DNA from: a virus
Lineage: Duplodnaviria; Caudoviricetes
DNA length: 46,425 nt
Strand: one strand, 5' to 3'
Virus record (IMG/VR): IMGVR_UViG_3300040971_000130
Location: 1-46,425 of that record
The notes under the pieces: generated by a model
What the model was told of the DNA's origin: nothing
Databases searched by the model: none
What the model saw: only the letters and a program-made list of their open reading frames with translations
Translations under genes and position numbers: made by a program
In this document: one piece after another, positions 36,243-45,013 of the stretch
Position numbering within the stretch: position 1 is the stretch's first letter
Layout of the letters: the number at the start of each line of letters is the position of its first letter

Positions 36243-36824
36243 ATGCAGATATATCATTACCACCCGGAAACGCTTGGATACATCGGACCCGGCAACGCTG
36301 ACCCATCCCCGCTTGAACCGGGATCGTGGCTTATCCCCGCCTACGCGACGGCCATTGACCCGCCCGTGCCGGTGGCCGGGACGGTGCGGCGCTTTGTCGG
36401 GGGCGCGTGGGAGTATGCGGATGTTGTCGTGGAGCCGGTGGACCCTGAGTATGAGCCAAGCCTTGAAGAGGTGAAGTTGGCGAAGCTCGCCCGCATCCGC
36501 GCTGCCCGTCACGCTGTCGAATACGGCGGGATGGAGTACGATGGAATCATGTACGACTCTGACGCGACGGCTCGGGCGAAATACAGCGAGACTGCTCGGG
36601 TTTTCGGTCTGATGCCGGATCTCGAAATTGAAGGATGGAAGGCCAGCGACGGGCCGGATGGGATGGGCGTCTATGTCACGATGACCAAGGCTTTGCTGGA
36701 CTCCCTGACCCTGGCCGGAGCGCAGCGTGACCAGGCGTGTTTTGCGTGGGAGAGAGCGCGGGCGGCGGAAGTCGCGGCGGCTGAGACGGTGGGAGCGATT
36801 GAGGCGGTTGGCGAGGTGATGTAA
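36243..36824 (+). CDS. Tail fibre assembly protein (DUF4376-like C-terminus)
   Basis: YHYHPET..ADPSPLEPG.WLIPAYAT; YDSD, WK..D, QACF. Confidence 0.8.
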   Translation: MQIYHYHPETLGYIGPGNADPSPLEPGSWLIPAYATAIDPPVPVAGTVRRFVGGAWEYADVVVEPVDPEYEPSLEEVKLAKLARIRAARHAVEYGGMEYDGIMYDSDATARAKYSETARVFGLMPDLEIEGWKASDGPDGMGVYVTMTKALLDSLTLAGAQRDQACFAWERARAAEVAAAETVGAIEAVGEVM

Positions 36825-36993
36825 CTTTTTTGTAGGCAAAAAAAAGGCGTGCGGTGGGGTCATCCTCTGCCCGGATATTGCAGAGGGTCTATGGCGTGGG
36901 CGCAAGGCTTGCCGGATTCGTATGTGATCGACCACGTGGCCGGGAAGCTCCTGGCAAAGACGGCCCAGGTTCGCTGCTCGTGCTCGTCAGTAT

Positions 36994-37623
36994 TTACTCG
37001 TTGTCTTTTTTTGCCGATTGCGTTTTGTACGAAGTCCCATCCGGAAGCAAGTCCTCTGCGCACATGCAAAGCGGGTCAAGGTTGCCTTCGTAACCATTTT
37101 TGGCGTCTCGGCATCGGACCCAGTCCGTCTTCTTGCCCAGGAGATAGTCCATCCGCTGGTAAAAAAGACGGTAGGGGCCGGACCATGTCGACATACCCTG
37201 CATCGCTGGCCCCGTGCCGCCCGTCATGCCCATTTGGCCGTTGAAGCCTACGGTTGGCGTAGGCATCATGCTTTGCGCCTGTCCACTGTGCCTAGTGATT
37301 ACTTTTGTGGCATTACCTTCTGGGAACGTCTCGACAATCCACGTATCTGTACCGAAAGCTGCTGCCAGAACAAGGTACAGCATCCAGTTTCGCTTGGCGA
37401 CGAGGGATGTTTCGGCGTGAGAGATGACATAGTCAGAGTCGTCCAGGCGGAAAATCCGGTCCGCTGCCATGAGGACGTCTTTTTGCGATTTGCCCTTGTA
37501 GGAGCGCGTCACCATCTGAATCTGGCGCTCCCTTTCGGCCTCGGCCTCTTCGGGGGTTAAGCGTTTCGGCGCACAGGCGGAGATTAAAAATAGCGCGACC
37601 AATAAAAACACGGCTCTTTTCAC
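36994..37623 (-). CDS. Lipoprotein moron (possible superinfection exclusion)
   Basis: GTG start after GGGAG; MKRAVFLLVALFLISA-C lipobox; downstream of cI on the same strand. Confidence 0.8.
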   Translation of the reverse strand: MKRAVFLLVALFLISACAPKRLTPEEAEAERERQIQMVTRSYKGKSQKDVLMAADRIFRLDDSDYVISHAETSLVAKRNWMLYLVLAAAFGTDTWIVETFPEGNATKVITRHSGQAQSMMPTPTVGFNGQMGMTGGTGPAMQGMSTWSGPYRLFYQRMDYLLGKKTDWVRCRDAKNGYEGNLDPLCMCAEDLLPDGTSYKTQSAKKDNE

Positions 37624-37882
37624 GTGAAAACCTCCCTTTTCCCGCACCCATACCACGCTTTTCATAATTGTTCAGCAACTAAAAATGTCATACATCTAGT
37701 CATAAATGCGTTGATTATCAGCTTTTACGAATGAGTGTCATACATTTTCGTACAAGCTGTCTGCCGCCGTCCTGATCGTGAGCGTTGCCGTGGAGTGCCG
37801 AACAGAGGCATTTTCGTTGCATTTGATCAGGCGCAGCGGCGCGCCACCCGGGCATGTGCTGGCACATCCCGAGCACCTCTTA

Positions 37883-38437
37883 TCAATCCCCAACCGCCTG
37901 TTGATGAGACGCCGCAGCATCCTGCTGGTCCGAGCGAGCAGAGTCCTGCGCGTTTTCATAGTCCATAACGGCCCACTGGAGTGACCTGGTTTGGTCTGGA
38001 GATAGCTCCAACTCACGGCAGGTCCTACGCACGGCCTCGAAGATCAAGCTCTGCTGCTTACCCATGGCACGCTCGACGGCGGCAAGTTCCCGGTCCTTGT
38101 CGGCCAGCTCGTGTTTGAGCTCAATAACTTGGGCCTGGTAGTCGGCCGGGGTCTCTGATGCTTGAACACAAGATTCTACGCTGCGGTATTTGGGGCCGAC
38201 ACCCAAAACAAGCCAGTCTAAACTTACCTTAAAATTGTTCGCGAACAATTCAAGAAACCTTTGCTTCGGCAAGGTCTCTCCGGACAAATACTTGCCAACG
38301 GTGGTCCCCGAAGTTCCGCAAATTTCTGCAAGCTGCTCGTTTGTGAGCATTTTATCCTTTTGTATCAACAGGATGCGTTGTCCTATGCCTTGATCCATCA
38401 CCTCTTCCGAATCAAATTTAATTTTTCTTGCGTTCAT
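37883..38437 (-). CDS. CI-like XRE-family repressor without an S24 peptidase domain
   Basis: HTH LTNEQLAEICGTSGTTVGKYLSGETLP..VSLDWLVLG; coiled-coil C-terminus; divergent from cro. Confidence 0.85.
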   Translation of the reverse strand: MNARKIKFDSEEVMDQGIGQRILLIQKDKMLTNEQLAEICGTSGTTVGKYLSGETLPKQRFLELFANNFKVSLDWLVLGVGPKYRSVESCVQASETPADYQAQVIELKHELADKDRELAAVERAMGKQQSLIFEAVRRTCRELELSPDQTRSLQWAVMDYENAQDSARSDQQDAAASHQQAVGD

Positions 38438-38540
38438 ATCAACTTTTCCTTGACGAAATAATCTTATCTTGATTAAGGATGGGTCATCGGCATCAAAAAG
38501 CCAATTGGGGCTCAAAAATACTCACGGATGACCCAATAAA

Positions 38541-38831
38541 ATGAACGCAAACGTAAAGGAATTTGGACCGCTCCGCAAGAAATGGGAACGGTACTTTGCC
38601 ATAAACCAAGGTGGACTCAAGTCTATCAGGCAGACCGCCACGCGTGCCGGGCTTTGTTATCGCGCCCTTTCTCGCGCCATTGAAGACGGTGTCGGCTCTG
38701 AAACCATCCGCAAGGCATTGGCAGCCATCAACATCCCCGAGGAACTGATCCCCCTGCCAACCTGCACCCGCACCCTCGCCGCCATGGTCTACCGGCAGCA
38801 GGAATTGCTCAAACAAAGAGGAAAGGTGTGA
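38541..38831 (+). CDS. Cro-like HTH protein
   Basis: Small basic protein, SIRQTATRAGLCYRALSRAI, divergent from cI. Confidence 0.65.
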   Translation: MNANVKEFGPLRKKWERYFAINQGGLKSIRQTATRAGLCYRALSRAIEDGVGSETIRKALAAINIPEELIPLPTCTRTLAAMVYRQQELLKQRGKV

Positions 38832-38911
38832 GTCCATTTTTGTTTATACGCGCATAATTTATTTTTGATCAATATTGGGATTTTAAGGGCAAAAACTACA
38901 GGAGGACTTTT

Positions 38912-39373
38912 ATGCATGGATTTACGCTTGACCTGATCGACATGTCGGCGGCGGACGTCATCCGTCAGGCCGTGCTCATCTCCGGCAAGAGCCAGGAAGT
39001 GATCGAGGCCGCCGCCAACCTGCGCCCCGGCATCTTGGACCAGTACTCCAGCCGCAATGACCACCACTGGCCAAACATGCTTAACCTGCCCGGCCTCTGC
39101 CAGGCATTGGGCAACGATCTGCTCATCCGGTGGCAGGCTGCCCAGTTCGCGGCCAGCGCCACGCGCCACGCCGCCCCGGACATGCCCGCTTCGCGGCTCA
39201 TGCGCGAGACGGTCCTGTCCGCCATCGAGTTCGGCGATTTCGCCCGAGCCGTGGAGACTGCCCTTGGTGACGACAAACTGACCCGCAAGGAGCGCATGGC
39301 CATTCGCCGCGAAGCGCAGGAACTTGCGGCGCGGCTTTTGCGGGTCGTCAACTCTGTTTCGGGGGGGCTATGA
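38912..39373 (+). CDS. CII-like regulatory protein
   Basis: AGGAGG RBS; EFGDFARAVETALGDDKLTRKE..IRRE C-terminus; follows cro. Confidence 0.7.
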   Translation: MHGFTLDLIDMSAADVIRQAVLISGKSQEVIEAAANLRPGILDQYSSRNDHHWPNMLNLPGLCQALGNDLLIRWQAAQFAASATRHAAPDMPASRLMRETVLSAIEFGDFARAVETALGDDKLTRKERMAIRREAQELAARLLRVVNSVSGGL

Positions 39374-39810
39374 TCGCGCCATCTATCTCCATCGTAACCA
39401 TGGATCAGCGCATGGCCCTTTTCCGCGACGCAATGCGTGTATCCAGCGTGGACTGCCCGCTGGGCAAAGACAGGGCAGATCACGTCATCGACGTATTCAA
39501 CAGATTTTTAGACGGAATTGTGCGCGGGATTCCGATTCCGCTTGATATTGACGCGGGGCACGGCCCGACCATCCTCGAAGAATTTTTTGCCGACAGATGC
39601 CGCCTCGGGGAAGGGATGAAAGTCCAGGCCCGCCCACTCTATGACGCCTTTTGCGGGTGGGCTGCGCAGACGTACCCGGAAAACACCATCCCGACCCTGT
39701 CTTCGTTTGGAATCGAGATGCGCAAGAGGTTCGCAAAAAAGCAGAGCAATGTGGTCTATTTTCTCGGCCTGGAGCTCAAAGACGAGTCCTCGCAAAGCAT
39801 CTTATCTTGA
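39370..39810 (+). CDS. Stand-alone D5/P4 primase C-terminal winged-helix protein
   Basis: LEEFFADRC..ARPLYDAFCGW..PTLSSFG parallels the helicase C-terminus AKDVYLAFRRW..PTLSSFG. Confidence 0.75.
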   Translation: MIAPSISIVTMDQRMALFRDAMRVSSVDCPLGKDRADHVIDVFNRFLDGIVRGIPIPLDIDAGHGPTILEEFFADRCRLGEGMKVQARPLYDAFCGWAAQTYPENTIPTLSSFGIEMRKRFAKKQSNVVYFLGLELKDESSQSILS

Positions 39811-39862
39811 CCAGCAATAAGTCTGGTCTTGGGCAAAATAACGTCAACCATCGGTTTACGTC

Positions 39863-40147
39863 ATGAGCGACAACAAGGACTTTTACGACGCCATCAAGCG
39901 CATGATCCGGGCCGCCTACAAGCGCACCGCAGCCAGCGACCCGGAAGAATTCGCCGCCCTGGGCGACCTGCCCGGCTTCTGCTCTACCCTGGAAGCCCAA
40001 ACGGTCCAGGTCATGCGAGAGCAAGGCTACACCTGGGAACACATCGGCAGCGCGTTCAAGATGACCAAGCAAGCGGCGTTCAAGCGCTGGGGGCGAAAAA
40101 CGGATATTTCGGGCGACAAGCCCACACAAACAGGAGGGTCCCTTTAA
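39863..40147 (+). CDS. Small HTH protein
   Basis: MREQGYTWEHIGSAFKMTKQAAFKRWG. Confidence 0.75.
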   Translation: MSDNKDFYDAIKRMIRAAYKRTAASDPEEFAALGDLPGFCSTLEAQTVQVMREQGYTWEHIGSAFKMTKQAAFKRWGRKTDISGDKPTQTGGSL

Positions 40148-40488
40148 TGAACGAGAAAAAACCCATCACCCTGTCCGGCCTGCACGGCGGCGCAGTCGTG
40201 GAGGCCGTTGACCATGAGATCCAGAACGTCCTGGCCAACATCACCGACGTCAACACCAGCAAGCAGAAGGCCAGGACTGTGACGCTGACGCTGACGTTCA
40301 AGCCCAACAAGGAGCGCAATATCGCCGACGTCACCTTCCAGGCCAAAAGCGCCCTGGCCCCGGCCGAGGCCCTGGAGACGTCCATCATCATAGACCGCAA
40401 CCAGGCCGGGCAGCCCGTGGCCTTCGAGCTGACCAAGACCAACCCCCACAACCAGGGCGTCCTGCCCATTTTCGGAGAGCAATCATGA
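40147..40488 (+). CDS. Conserved phage early protein (first of a pair)
   Basis: GGAVVE..VLANI.D.NT..ARTVTLTLTFKP..KSALAP; AGGAGG RBS. Confidence 0.8.
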   Translation: MNEKKPITLSGLHGGAVVEAVDHEIQNVLANITDVNTSKQKARTVTLTLTFKPNKERNIADVTFQAKSALAPAEALETSIIIDRNQAGQPVAFELTKTNPHNQGVLPIFGEQS

Positions 40489-41201
40489 TTGATGAGAATT
40501 TCGTGGAAAAGATCCTGCAACTGGCCCCAACCCAGACGCTTGAGATCAACGACCGTAAGTACACCAACAAGCAAGTATATGCTGTCCTGGAGCCCAAGGC
40601 CACGACCATGGCCTTTGCGACCCTGACCGGCCTCAAAGACTACATCGAGCAGAATCTGGACCGCATCGACAAGGACACAGTCATGCTGCACGTCGAAGAC
40701 TACCGCACCGTGACCATCATCACCGGCCTGTCCGGTCCGTTCCGCCAGCGTGAAACGCTGGTGCGCGCACAGGCTCAGGACTGCGAGTTCCGCTTCGACA
40801 AGTGGTACGAGCGGGAGGCTTTCCAGATCGGCCTGATGGCATCCTTCGCCCCTACCACCAACCGGGACAAGGTGATCCAGTTCGTGGGCAACATCGTCCA
40901 AAAGGCCGAGGTCCAGACCGAGGACGACGGTTTCACCCAGCGCGTCACGGCCAAGGCAGGCATCGCCCGCGTGGCGGAAGTGGACGTCCCCAACCCCGTG
41001 ACCCTCAAGCCCTACCGCACCTTTCCCGAGGCGGACCAGCCCGAGAGCGACTTCATTTTCCGCGTCAAAACCAACAGCAACGACGCCGCCGTGAACGCAG
41101 CCCTCTACGAGGCCGACGGTGGCCGCTGGAAGCTCCAGGCGGCCATGAACATCAAGGAATGGCTGACCGAAAACATCCCCGGCGTGCGGGTCATCATCTA
41201 A
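40485..41201 (+). CDS. Conserved phage early protein (second of the pair)
   Basis: TLTGLKDYI, DDGFTQ, PNPVTLKPYRTFPE..QPES.F.FR, LYEADGGRWK. Confidence 0.8.
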   Translation: MIDENFVEKILQLAPTQTLEINDRKYTNKQVYAVLEPKATTMAFATLTGLKDYIEQNLDRIDKDTVMLHVEDYRTVTIITGLSGPFRQRETLVRAQAQDCEFRFDKWYEREAFQIGLMASFAPTTNRDKVIQFVGNIVQKAEVQTEDDGFTQRVTAKAGIARVAEVDVPNPVTLKPYRTFPEADQPESDFIFRVKTNSNDAAVNAALYEADGGRWKLQAAMNIKEWLTENIPGVRVII

Positions 41202-41255
41202 AAAAAAGCGCCCCGGTCGGCGGCAACCGATCCGGGGCAAAACCAAAAACAGGAG
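41200..41255. promoter_or_regulatory. Hairpin with CGGCAA loop followed by ACCAAAAACAGGAG leader
   Basis: A-tract, GCCCCGGTCGG-CGGCAA-CCGATCCGGGGC; same loop and leader as 12542 and 13014. Confidence 0.55.
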
Positions 41256-41265
41256 AGCTAAACAT

Positions 41266-41472
41266 ATGCACGGTCCCACAAAAGTCAAGCACACCCTGCT
41301 CGTCCTCGACGTGGACGGCATCCGCATCGGAATCCGTAATTTCGACGGATTCACCGAACTGGCCGTCCAGCGCGTCGTGGATGCCCTGCTGCGCCACAAA
41401 TGGCTCAAACCCGGCCAGGCCCCCAAGGTCATCGCCGAACGGCACATCCGCAAGGAAAGGGGGCAGGCATGA
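41266..41472 (+). CDS. Hypothetical protein
   Basis: AGGAG RBS; ATGA coupling. Confidence 0.65.
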   Translation: MHGPTKVKHTLLVLDVDGIRIGIRNFDGFTELAVQRVVDALLRHKWLKPGQAPKVIAERHIRKERGQA

Positions 41473-42233
41473 GTCCGGAATTCAATTGTCCGATATGCGG
41501 GTCATCCATCGTGATTGACGATATTGATTACGAATACGGGTCTTTTAACGAGCACATGGTAGAGCGGTGCCATACCTGCCACGCAACGATCGCGGTAATG
41601 GTCAATGTTTCCGTGGTCGTGGACTTTGGAACTCCGAAGGTCATCTCCGAGCCCGACGACGAATACAAACTCGTCAACCAATACTTTGAAAGCACCGCGG
41701 AACCATATAGTGTTCACCCCTGGCGGCTTTCCGAGATTTCCGTCCCGTACATAGCCCTGCTCGGGGACAACGCTTTTGGATCATGGTGGTACGCCCGCCG
41801 AACGATCTGCAACGGCTCCTTGCTTTTTGTCGCTGAATCTCTTCACCCGATTACTGTTTCCCAGACTATACCAGATTGGGACACCCCCATATCTGTTTTA
41901 ATGGACCGGGCCGCTCAGTACAAAAATACGCAAAAACTTGCACTCGTGAGCAGAATTACAGGTGGTTACCACAACCCCAGCACTGAACGCCTTGAGGACG
42001 TTGCGCTGTTGGTTGGCGACTATAAATTTTGTCCCGTCCGCGCGATGTATCTGGACTTTATTTTACGCGAGTGGCCGAACGCGGCTTTTACGATGTTTAG
42101 TACCGACGACTCGGTCGCCGTATGGCATCAAGACAACTGCGTGGCCCTGGTTGCAGGGATCTCGCTCAACGGTGACGCGTGGCTTAAAAACGCGGCCGAA
42201 ACAGCAATGCGGTATTTTTGGAGAGCAGCATGA
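41469..42233 (+). CDS. Hypothetical protein with N-terminal Zn ribbon
   Basis: CPICG..CHTCH; lower GC; coupled at both ends. Confidence 0.7.
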   Translation: MSPEFNCPICGSSIVIDDIDYEYGSFNEHMVERCHTCHATIAVMVNVSVVVDFGTPKVISEPDDEYKLVNQYFESTAEPYSVHPWRLSEISVPYIALLGDNAFGSWWYARRTICNGSLLFVAESLHPITVSQTIPDWDTPISVLMDRAAQYKNTQKLALVSRITGGYHNPSTERLEDVALLVGDYKFCPVRAMYLDFILREWPNAAFTMFSTDDSVAVWHQDNCVALVAGISLNGDAWLKNAAETAMRYFWRAA

Positions 42234-42544
42234 GCGGGAGAAACCTGACCGACAAGCAGAAAGAGGTAGTGATGTCGTCGCCAGCCCTCAAAGAGCGTTC
42301 AAAATATTACCCGAAGCACTATAGCGGCCAGGTCCCTGTCCTCGTCGACATGCTGACAACGGTGCGAAGTGACTTGCCGCCGTGCCTTGGTCAGCGCGTT
42401 GCCATTGAGGGAGAAACCTACCCTGTGTGGGTCAACAGTCACGGAGCGGTCGTCGCTGTTTTCCCAGACGGAAGCAAGCTGGGTCTCAAGCCCCTGGAGT
42501 TCGTCGTGGTCAAATTTCATGCTACAGGTCGGGGTGAGTCATGA
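42230..42544 (+). CDS. Hypothetical protein
   Basis: ATGA coupling; WVNSHGAV..GSKLGLKPLEF. Confidence 0.7.
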   Translation: MSGRNLTDKQKEVVMSSPALKERSKYYPKHYSGQVPVLVDMLTTVRSDLPPCLGQRVAIEGETYPVWVNSHGAVVAVFPDGSKLGLKPLEFVVVKFHATGRGES

Positions 42545-42930
42545 GCGAAGGCTTCAGCATCACATGCGGCATGTGCGGCAAGTCCACCGACCTGGACGCC
42601 GCCACCAAGAACCTGCCCCTGGCTCATTTCCGCTGCGTCCACTGCCAGCGCGAATTCCGCCGCGTCCACCAGCCAGCGCAGCGCCTCCTGTCCGGCTTCG
42701 TCATGCCCGGCCACATCGTTATTGAGGAGATCCGCCAGGACGAAAAGCTGAAGTGGCATCTCTTCGACGGCACCAGACTAACAGCGCCGCCCCTGCGCAA
42801 GACGTTCATCGTCCATCGCAACGGGACGGTCTGCCCGTTCAGCGGAAGCCTTAACACCTACGAAGAAATCCAAGCCCACATGTGCCCAGGCGACAAGTGG
42901 GCGCTGATCCCGGAGGGAATATGCAACTGA
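42541..42930 (+). CDS. Zn-ribbon hypothetical protein
   Basis: CGMCG..CVHCQ. Confidence 0.7.
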   Translation: MSEGFSITCGMCGKSTDLDAATKNLPLAHFRCVHCQREFRRVHQPAQRLLSGFVMPGHIVIEEIRQDEKLKWHLFDGTRLTAPPLRKTFIVHRNGTVCPFSGSLNTYEEIQAHMCPGDKWALIPEGICN

Positions 42931-43217
42931 TATCCGCCATGCTCGTTTTTTTAGCCATAGCGATCTGTGTGTACGCCCTGATCTGTATGTTCATTATCAC
43001 ATGCGTAGCGGTCGCATGGATCGACGAGTGGTCCGAAGATCGCGCCGCCATTTTCTGCGACATAGCCGTATTTGAGTACGAACTTTCACGACGGTTGCGC
43101 CGCCAATGGCCTCACGGTGGACTCTGGCTCGACCCTGCGCGCAACCTCAACATCACGGTCAAAGCCAATCATCAAAGGATGGGTCTTGTCTCAAGACCCA
43201 TGGGGGTACTCCGATGA
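42921..43217 (+). CDS. Membrane protein
   Basis: GGAGG RBS; long hydrophobic N-terminus. Confidence 0.55.
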   Translation: MQLISAMLVFLAIAICVYALICMFIITCVAVAWIDEWSEDRAAIFCDIAVFEYELSRRLRRQWPHGGLWLDPARNLNITVKANHQRMGLVSRPMGVLR

Positions 43218-43882
43218 AAGAGCGCAAAGCGATGATTCATCATCTCAAGACGGATATGTGCGTTTTTAAGCCAGTCTTGACCGGAGAAAAGACGCACGAG
43301 ATCCGTTTCGACGACCGGGGCTTTCAGCTCGGAGATATTTTACATCTCATGGAAACAGAGCACACGGGCGAGGAAATGAAGGCTGGCTCCCCGTTGAAGT
43401 ACACAGGGGCAGACTGCTATGTGATCGTCACCCACATTCTGCGCGGCCCCGTTTATGGACTGGATCCTGAGTGGGTCATCATGTCGATCAGAAAGCCCTC
43501 ATTCGTTGTCACCGTCGCGGAAATCAATCGCCATCTTGCTGAATACGAGCGCATGAACTTCCCATGCTGCGGCGGCTCCGGGCATATCGAGGACTGCGAC
43601 GATCCGGTGCAGAAACTCAAGGACGAGCTTGGCGCACTGAAAAAGGAGGCGAATATGCTTTGTCTTCTTGCACAGCCAATTCTTGGAGACCCAGACAATT
43701 TTTTAATCATGAAAAAGCCGCTCGACAAACTGGCCGCGCTTGCCGGGGAGGCAAGGAAACACTCACGCAACGATTGCCCCAAGTTCGACACATGGTTTGC
43801 GAACGGCGGGGCTTGTGGGAAAGCGTGGGAGTGTGACAACTGCGTGGACGCGCCAAAGGCCGCGCTGGACGGGGAGGGGTGA
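43214..43882 (+). CDS. DUF3850 (ASCH/PUA-like) domain protein
   Basis: HHLKT..F..V..G.KTHEIRFDDRGFQLGDIL.L.E..YTG..THI..WVIMSI. Confidence 0.85.
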   Translation: MKERKAMIHHLKTDMCVFKPVLTGEKTHEIRFDDRGFQLGDILHLMETEHTGEEMKAGSPLKYTGADCYVIVTHILRGPVYGLDPEWVIMSIRKPSFVVTVAEINRHLAEYERMNFPCCGGSGHIEDCDDPVQKLKDELGALKKEANMLCLLAQPILGDPDNFLIMKKPLDKLAALAGEARKHSRNDCPKFDTWFANGGACGKAWECDNCVDAPKAALDGEG

Positions 43883-44265
43883 TGGTTAAGAGGTACGATT
43901 TTCACGAAGACGACAAGCACCAGTGGTGGGCATCAATCACAGAGCAGCGCGAGGGTCGTTATGTTCTACACTCCGACTACGCCGCCCTCCTCGCTCGCCA
44001 CAACGCGCTGGTGGAGGCGGTTACACCGAGTGCGGCGACAAAGGCCGCATACATGGGCGAATTCTCTATGCGCATGTCTGCGGTCGATGAGGACGGAGAG
44101 GAGTTTACCGTCCCTGTTGATATACCGTGGACCACCATCAAGGTTGTTATGAAAGCTATCGCCGCCCGCGCCGAGGTGGGCCGGCTCCTGGCCGCCCCGG
44201 TCGGGCAGGATGAGCGCCCAGGAGATAACGGTTACGGAGTCGTCACAGAGCATGATCTTGACTGA
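43879..44265 (+). CDS. Hypothetical protein
   Basis: GRYVLHSDY; TKAAYMGEF..IPWTTIK. Confidence 0.7.
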   Translation: MMVKRYDFHEDDKHQWWASITEQREGRYVLHSDYAALLARHNALVEAVTPSAATKAAYMGEFSMRMSAVDEDGEEFTVPVDIPWTTIKVVMKAIAARAEVGRLLAAPVGQDERPGDNGYGVVTEHDLD

Positions 44266-44283
44266 AACGATGGAGGCAAAACC

Positions 44284-44469
44284 ATGATCCGCAACGCCGA
44301 ACAGCAACGCGAAATCGACGCTCTGCGCCAGGCCCTGCAATTTGCCCGCAAGCTGAACACGCGCCTGGTCAAGCAGAATCAGGCCCTTCGCAGCCGCCTG
44401 AACATCAAAAAGACCACGCCCCGGAGCTGGTATCTCGAATGGGAACAGAGCAAGGAGATCCGCGCATGA
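44284..44469 (+). CDS. Hypothetical coiled-coil protein
   Basis: GGAGG RBS. Confidence 0.6.
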   Translation: MIRNAEQQREIDALRQALQFARKLNTRLVKQNQALRSRLNIKKTTPRSWYLEWEQSKEIRA

Positions 44470-44705
44470 ACACCGCCGAAGCAACCCCAGCACCCACCTC
44501 TATCGGCCTAGCCCTGCTCAAGCAGGACGTGAGCCACGCCGCCAGGATCAAGGAATACGAATTAGCCCATAAAGACGACCAACTCCGCATCGCCAAGCTC
44601 GAAGGCGTCCTGCGCCTAGCTGCCCAGGTCCTGCGCGACGGCAAAAAGGTCGAACGGTCCGAAGTCGCGGACCGGCTCGACAAAATACTGAGGGAACCGT
44701 CATGA
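44466..44705 (+). CDS. Hypothetical protein
   Basis: ATGA coupling at both ends. Confidence 0.6.
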   Translation: MNTAEATPAPTSIGLALLKQDVSHAARIKEYELAHKDDQLRIAKLEGVLRLAAQVLRDGKKVERSEVADRLDKILREPS

Positions 44706-45013
44706 GTTTGCAACGCGAGATGAAGGACATGACAACCGAGGCCCTGCGCGACGCCATCGTGGCCATGGCCAGCGAGGGGCTTGTCGTCATCGTCAGGGAG
44801 CCGCACAGCACGCCCAAGCGCATGTGGCTGACGTCGGAGCAAGTCGAAGAGGAATACGGCATCCCGGCCGGGACGCTGCGCAACTGGAGGTCGGCCAAGA
44901 TCGGTCCGCGCTACAGCAAGACCGGCCGCGAAGTGCGCTACGCCCGCGCGGACATGGACGCGTTCATGATGAGCAACCTGGTCCTCACGAGCGATCAAGG
45001 AGGTCCGAAATGA
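44702..45013 (+). CDS. xis: Excisionase-like HTH protein
   Basis: WLTSEQVEEEYGIPAGTLRNWRS..GPRYSK.GREVRYAR.D; convergent with int. Confidence 0.8.
   Translation: MSLQREMKDMTTEALRDAIVAMASEGLVVIVREPHSTPKRMWLTSEQVEEEYGIPAGTLRNWRSAKIGPRYSKTGREVRYARADMDAFMMSNLVLTSDQGGPK

Noticed and set aside
33013-36824. Diversity-generating retroelement or invertible tail-fibre system
   Set aside because: No reverse transcriptase, invertase, TR/VR pair or inverted fibre cassette seen
36825-36993. Small ORF or HNH remnant (YVIDHV / HVVDHI) after the tail genes
   Set aside because: No RBS and no complete HNH motif; likely a convergent terminator region
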